DNA of 64,000 nucleotides from a virus: the IMG/VR virus record IMGVR_UViG_3300035034_002798, positions 32,001-96,000 of that record; one strand, 5' to 3'. Below the pieces are notes generated by a model that saw nothing but the letters and a program-made list of their open reading frames with translations, did no database searches and was not told the DNA's origin. Position 1 is the stretch's first letter, and each line of letters begins with the position of its first letter. This document shows, one piece after another, positions 59,266 to 64,000 of the stretch. A program made the translations under genes and the position numbers.

Positions 59266-59691
59266 TTATGAATCAAGAATTAAAGCAATTAGGCTGTCCT
59301 TTTTCATACTTGAATAGCCGCTTAAATCCTTTTCTCTTGCTAAGTCCTTTAAGTCTGGAACAGTTAGATCTTCCAACTCTTTTTCTGTAAAGCCTTCCGA
59401 GGTATCTTTCTCTGCCTCTTTAGACTCGTCAGTGGGGGCATCTTCTGTTTCATCTTCTTTTTCGGTGCCCGCTTTAGAATCTTCATCCTTCTCTTCCACT
59501 TTTTGCTCTAGGTCTTCAATATTGCCTTCTATCATTATGAGCGTTCCCGCTCTTAACCCCGACTTAATAGCTTTTAAGTCTGAGTCCCCGGGCACTTCCG
59601 CGACAGGGGACTGCAGTCCTAAATGTATACCAGTAAGTTCGTCATAAAAAGCAACTCGACCAGGAGCTAATCCGACTCTTGTTTTAGCCAT
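59266..59691 (-). CDS. Mirror copy of the Rho-N/HeH protein
   Basis: Identical translation. Confidence 0.5.
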   Translation of the reverse strand: MAKTRVGLAPGRVAFYDELTGIHLGLQSPVAEVPGDSDLKAIKSGLRAGTLIMIEGNIEDLEQKVEEKDEDSKAGTEKEDETEDAPTDESKEAEKDTSEGFTEKELEDLTVPDLKDLAREKDLSGYSSMKKDSLIALILDS

Positions 59692-59730
59692 TTAATCTCC
59701 TCCTAGCTTTTATTTAGTATTGAGAGCTTA

Positions 59731-60807
59731 TTATACGTTTCTTACTAGCTGTGGCTCCTCGTAGGTCTCGTCAAGTGCGATATTCTTCGCTGACACAACG
59801 GCCTTTCCAGAGTCCAGTAATCCAATGCCATATCTTTCCTTAACTTTAATTGATTGGATATCTCTCCGAGGATTGTCAAAACGCTCTGTGGAGAGTGGAT
59901 CCTTGACCAGCATAATACCTACGTTATTACGGTCCAATACATACATATCAAACTTCTTGTTCTCTCTATCGATAGGCATAAATGGTGTTAAGTTAACATT
60001 TAAGTTCATTGGGATACGACCCTGTACCATAGATGGTGATAAAGTTACATCGTTTCCTTCTCCACCTAAAGCAGCTAAGTCTAACTTAGATAATGCATTA
60101 TTCTTAGCAAACATTGACCATGTTAAAGGGTGCATTAAAATATCAGTTGCTGCATACCCATTAGCCATTAATGCTAATACCATATCGATAAAGTCATTTA
60201 CTGACATAGTATCGTTTGGATTACCATCTTTTCCTAAGCCTGTAGTACCGGCTTCTGGCTGCTCACCCCTGATATCATTATCAAATAATGTGTGTCCGTG
60301 CTTTTTAAACTCATTGTAAATCTTTTCCTCTTTGAAACGAGCCATTGCCCGTCCAGCGTGGCGAATGTGAAGACCTATAGTATCCCACTGACTATCTTCG
60401 ATCATCTCATCGGTAATGCTGACCTGTAGACCAACTTTACCAACGCGAATTTCAGTACTTTTGTACTGATTAAAATCGAGATTTTCTTGAGGATATTCCT
60501 GACCTTCAGCTATATCATGCGCTCGAATCGCTGACACACTAGGAAATACCATGCTTCTACCTTCTGTTAATTGCACCTGATCAAAGAACTCGCTTGCAAT
60601 ATAATTAGGTTCTGCGGACTCTCTTAATTCACCCACAATCACTCTAGGAATAAGTACGGAAGCATCTGGTGTAGATAGAGCTTCATTTACGGAAATTCTC
60701 TCTTCCTTTAACTTGGAAGGTGAGTTATAGTCTGGGTTCATCATATCTTGGTAACGCTCAATTAAATTAAGCTTTTTTTGCTGTTCTTCGGTTAATTCTT
60801 TTGGCAC
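59731..60807 (-). CDS. Mirror copy of the major capsid protein
   Basis: Identical translation. Confidence 0.55.
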   Translation of the reverse strand: MPKELTEEQQKKLNLIERYQDMMNPDYNSPSKLKEERISVNEALSTPDASVLIPRVIVGELRESAEPNYIASEFFDQVQLTEGRSMVFPSVSAIRAHDIAEGQEYPQENLDFNQYKSTEIRVGKVGLQVSITDEMIEDSQWDTIGLHIRHAGRAMARFKEEKIYNEFKKHGHTLFDNDIRGEQPEAGTTGLGKDGNPNDTMSVNDFIDMVLALMANGYAATDILMHPLTWSMFAKNNALSKLDLAALGGEGNDVTLSPSMVQGRIPMNLNVNLTPFMPIDRENKKFDMYVLDRNNVGIMLVKDPLSTERFDNPRRDIQSIKVKERYGIGLLDSGKAVVSAKNIALDETYEEPQLVRNV

Positions 60808-60882
60808 TATTCTTCCTCCTTTGAAGTTTTCTCCAATATATTATTTATTTTGTTAATCTATAATTTTGTTATTTATGATCAA

Positions 60883-61932
60883 TTACATGCGTAGTAAGAT
60901 TCTTGCAGCTCCTGTGCTTCCTTGGAAGTCCCAACCAGTTGGTAAACCAGTGTTATCCCATTGAGCTTCGGTATGTGTATAATCAGCTGTGATTGTTACA
61001 TCAGACGCGCCGATATCACTTTCTACTGTGTAAGTTACTTCGCCTTTTTCTTCATTTACTGTGTAGTTAACTGCGTCGATTGGTGCTCCGTCTGCTTTCA
61101 GTACTAATGTACCTTCAACTACTGGTGTATGATCTGTCTTGAAGACAAAGTTAGTGCCAGCTAATGTTCCAGCGGATACTGTTCCCAATTCTTCTGCTGC
61201 TACATCTTCTTTAGATAGATTATAAGCATCTGTAAGTCCAGGAATACCTGTTGCGTCCTGTCCTTCCATACCTTCTGTAGGCCAGCCATACTGAGGATCG
61301 TAAGGATACCCTTCTGGTCCTGGTGCTTCTCCTGGGTTCTCCATCTGTCTTAATACTTCGTCTGGTAACATCGCCCACTTTAACCATCCTGCAGGTGGAA
61401 TATTTTGTTCAATAGCCCATAATGTTCCTGCGATCTGTCTAATGGAGTCTGTTCCTTCTTCCCATTTCTCAAATTTACCATTGCCATTAGCCTTAACAAA
61501 GTCACCTTGTTCAAGGCTACCTGTTGCTAATCCCCAATGTACCTGAGATGAGTACTTGCTATCTGGAATATAAGGTACTTCAATGTAATTTTTGGTAATT
61601 ACTGAAGGCTGATTCCCGTCAAACCTATCGTCTGTATTCTTACTAATGTTGTATGGAGCTACACCGATTACTGGGTTTGTTCCGTCCGCGATAGTAAGTG
61701 TTGGACGATACTCACCTGTAACTGTGTCTTTAACTGGGTCGCCAATCGCACATAACTGTCCTTTTGCGATAACAACCTCTTGCTGGCCCCATCCACCATA
61801 TTCATGTTTAAATTTAACTTCTAATGTTGGGTCAACTATAAATTCTTCTGCTGGGGAATCCCCGCCAGAAACTACTAATTTTGTGTTAGAACGACTATCT
61901 GGTACCTGATTATACTGTTCAAAAAGTGGCAT
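60883..61932 (-). CDS. Mirror copy of the head decoration protein
   Basis: Identical translation. Confidence 0.5.
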   Translation of the reverse strand: MPLFEQYNQVPDSRSNTKLVVSGGDSPAEEFIVDPTLEVKFKHEYGGWGQQEVVIAKGQLCAIGDPVKDTVTGEYRPTLTIADGTNPVIGVAPYNISKNTDDRFDGNQPSVITKNYIEVPYIPDSKYSSQVHWGLATGSLEQGDFVKANGNGKFEKWEEGTDSIRQIAGTLWAIEQNIPPAGWLKWAMLPDEVLRQMENPGEAPGPEGYPYDPQYGWPTEGMEGQDATGIPGLTDAYNLSKEDVAAEELGTVSAGTLAGTNFVFKTDHTPVVEGTLVLKADGAPIDAVNYTVNEEKGEVTYTVESDIGASDVTITADYTHTEAQWDNTGLPTGWDFQGSTGAARILLRM

Positions 61933-61958
61933 CTATTAATTACCTCCTTGGGTTATTT

Positions 61959-63263
61959 TTAGTTAGTTCCACCGAATAAGTTTTTTAATACATCTTCTGT
62001 TTTCTTGTTGATCTCTTCTTCTGTCATCTCTACATCTTCATCGTCATCTTTCTCCTCTACACCTTCAATTGAGGAATTTGGTTCTTTCCCGTCATTGACT
62101 GCGGCTCCAGGATTATTTACCTTTTCAATTTGACCTCTCAGTCCGGGTAATGCATCTTTATATTCCAATACTAAATCACCCATGGTGTCGTTTAATGACT
62201 CAAAGCTTCTAGATGCGTACTTTTCTACCTCATCGTCTCTTTCTTCCTCCATTGGTTTACCCAATACAGTTCTCATATCAACGATTCTTTGTGATAGAGC
62301 ATCGTGGAGCTTGTCTGTTTTTTCTTCAACATTTTCCATCAACTTTTCTTTCTCTGTTTCAAGATCCTGTTTTTCTTCTTTGAGAGTTTCTAACTTTCCT
62401 TCGAGGTCTTTGTTACTTTCCTCTAGTTCGTCATGACTCTCTTGAAGGGAATCTAATTCCTCCTGTAACTCTGCAACTGTTTTTTCATTTTCTTTACCTT
62501 CTGGCAATGTGTTATCTCCTTCCTTGCTTTCTTCTATGGTGTATTGAACTGAAGCTGTATTCTTTTTGTTTTTGCTTTCTTCAGTTTCTTCTGAGCCCAC
62601 AATGAGGACTGCAGTACCATCTCCTAGACTTTCTACTGTATCTATGTTGTAATCAGCGCTTTCTTGTAATCTTTCTTTTGAAAGAGTTCCTGCATCTTTG
62701 TCAGCTGGAACATTGACATAACTCACTTCGTTAAACCATAAGTCACCAAGTATCCACTTAGCAGTCTCTCCTTCGTATGTTTCTCCACGCCAGTGGCCAC
62801 AAAAACCCTCTTCTACTATGTCTGTACCACAAATGCTACAGATAGCTGCATCAGTTTCTGAGCCGATGCTTACCGTGTCGTACCTGCCATCTAAAACTTT
62901 CTCGGCGGCACTTTCATCCGATATCTTTACCTTAAGCTTGATAAAGGGCTTACTTCCTGCTGTCATATAAGAAGCGCTCTCTACTCGACCTATGGGGTCT
63001 GAGTGCTTATCGTGGTGAGTAAGTACTGGTTTGTTGTATGGATTAGTCCATGAGGCTACTCCGGTGCCTTCTGCTTCATCTCCTCGCAACTTATCGGCAC
63101 CGTAAACAGTGTAATTTGCTGTAGTGCCGGCATGAATCGCGGCGAGATTAGCAATGACAGAACCACCTTTTTTAGAAACACCCTCAGTCGATTCCAGTCT
63201 TTTCTCTTTCTCTTCTTTGGATACTTCTAATTTATATGATTCGTTTAAACGTAATCTTCTCAA
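61959..63263 (-). CDS. Mirror copy of the prohead protease/scaffold
   Basis: Identical translation. Confidence 0.55.
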   Translation of the reverse strand: MRRLRLNESYKLEVSKEEKEKRLESTEGVSKKGGSVIANLAAIHAGTTANYTVYGADKLRGDEAEGTGVASWTNPYNKPVLTHHDKHSDPIGRVESASYMTAGSKPFIKLKVKISDESAAEKVLDGRYDTVSIGSETDAAICSICGTDIVEEGFCGHWRGETYEGETAKWILGDLWFNEVSYVNVPADKDAGTLSKERLQESADYNIDTVESLGDGTAVLIVGSEETEESKNKKNTASVQYTIEESKEGDNTLPEGKENEKTVAELQEELDSLQESHDELEESNKDLEGKLETLKEEKQDLETEKEKLMENVEEKTDKLHDALSQRIVDMRTVLGKPMEEERDDEVEKYASRSFESLNDTMGDLVLEYKDALPGLRGQIEKVNNPGAAVNDGKEPNSSIEGVEEKDDDEDVEMTEEEINKKTEDVLKNLFGGTN

Positions 63264-63298
63264 TCTAACACCTCCTCCCCATTGTGGTAGTAAATATT

Positions 63299-64000
63299 CT
63301 ATTTATCTTCTAAAGTGCAATGACAATTGGTGTGGAATGGCGGCACCCTTTCATATAAGTTGCTGCCTTCTAAGTTGATCTTTTTCTTTTCTCCACATAA
63401 TTCACAAGTGTCTTCACTAGAATTAACTATCAACTCTGTTTTGCCTAAATCCCTTGCGGATACAGCATATCCGTAGTTATAGGCATGCATCATTTCTGTA
63501 AATGCAATGAAATCTATTCTATGAGCATAAGCCTCATAAAGCCTGTTGACTCTATTTAGAGCTTTACTCTTATTGTTGTTTTTAAGTGCTGTTTCTATTT
63601 TGGCCGACATTTCATCTGCCAGCTTATTGAAGTATTTTTTATGAGATTCCTCTACCTGTTTGATTTCATAATCGTGAGTGGCTTTAGACACTTTTTCATC
63701 TGCTATATCTTTAAAAGCTGTGTCGTTGCCTGCTTGGAAAGAAGTACTGAAGGTGTCAGCACTCATTTTGAGAGTTAATCGTGCGAGTGATTTAAGTGAG
63801 GATGTTATGTCTTTCGTGGAATTGGGGTGTTTCTTTTTGTTATCTTCGAAGTACTTTTCCGTAAGCTCTAATACATCTTTTTTGGAGTTTGTGTATTGCT
63901 TTTTTAGTTTGGAAAGATGCTTTTCATAATTTAAGTTATCGACAAGTTCATTTGCCGTAAGGCTCTCTAAGTTTTCCTTAGTCTTAGGCCCTCCCCTTTT
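63299..64000 (-). CDS. Mirror copy of the portal-MuF C-terminal part (partial)
   Basis: Identical to 42949..43650. Confidence 0.5.
   Translation of the reverse strand, partial: KRGGPKTKENLESLTANELVDNLNYEKHLSKLKKQYTNSKKDVLELTEKYFEDNKKKHPNSTKDITSSLKSLARLTLKMSADTFSTSFQAGNDTAFKDIADEKVSKATHDYEIKQVEESHKKYFNKLADEMSAKIETALKNNNKSKALNRVNRLYEAYAHRIDFIAFTEMMHAYNYGYAVSARDLGKTELIVNSSEDTCELCGEKKKINLEGSNLYERVPPFHTNCHCTLEDK

Larger units (their letters stand above)
42949..64000. repeat. Spacer-less inverted duplication, arms at least 10,526 bp, axis between 53474 and 53475
   Basis: Mirrored ORF coordinates sum to 106949; centre ccattttatga|tcataaaatgg. Confidence 0.98.

Overview
Segment of a large, low-GC, tailed dsDNA phage with Firmicutes-type Shine-Dalgarno sequences. 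Many proteins are strongly acidic, which suggests a halophilic host (inference). It is probably a plasmid-like temperate phage: it has ParA plus a ribbon-helix-helix partner, centromere-like hexamer arrays and iteron-like repeats, and no integrase lies in the window. 1-25.7 kb is a leftward early/accessory arm (SNF2 helicase, Bro-N, RtcB, NADAR, SSB, RadC/JAB, macrodomain, PcfJ, YopX, LysM, many small unknowns). It is punctuated by six copies of a conserved GTCAA-N9-TTGAC long hairpin and a 1.25-kb non-coding block holding a candidate structured RNA and iterons. 26.1-27.7 kb is the partition cassette. 28.8-30.7 kb is a radical SAM/SPASM enzyme with two His/Tyr-x-Asp/Asn repeat peptides, the best candidate for a new system. 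Its promoter is shared with the packaging operon. 30.9-53.5 kb holds the small terminase candidate, 7 tRNAs plus 2 tRNA-like remnants, large terminase, portal(-MuF), protease/scaffold, capsid and head-associated genes. From 53,475 to the end the sequence is a spacer-less reverse complement of 42,949-53,474 that truncates a patatin gene, most likely a fold-back artefact.
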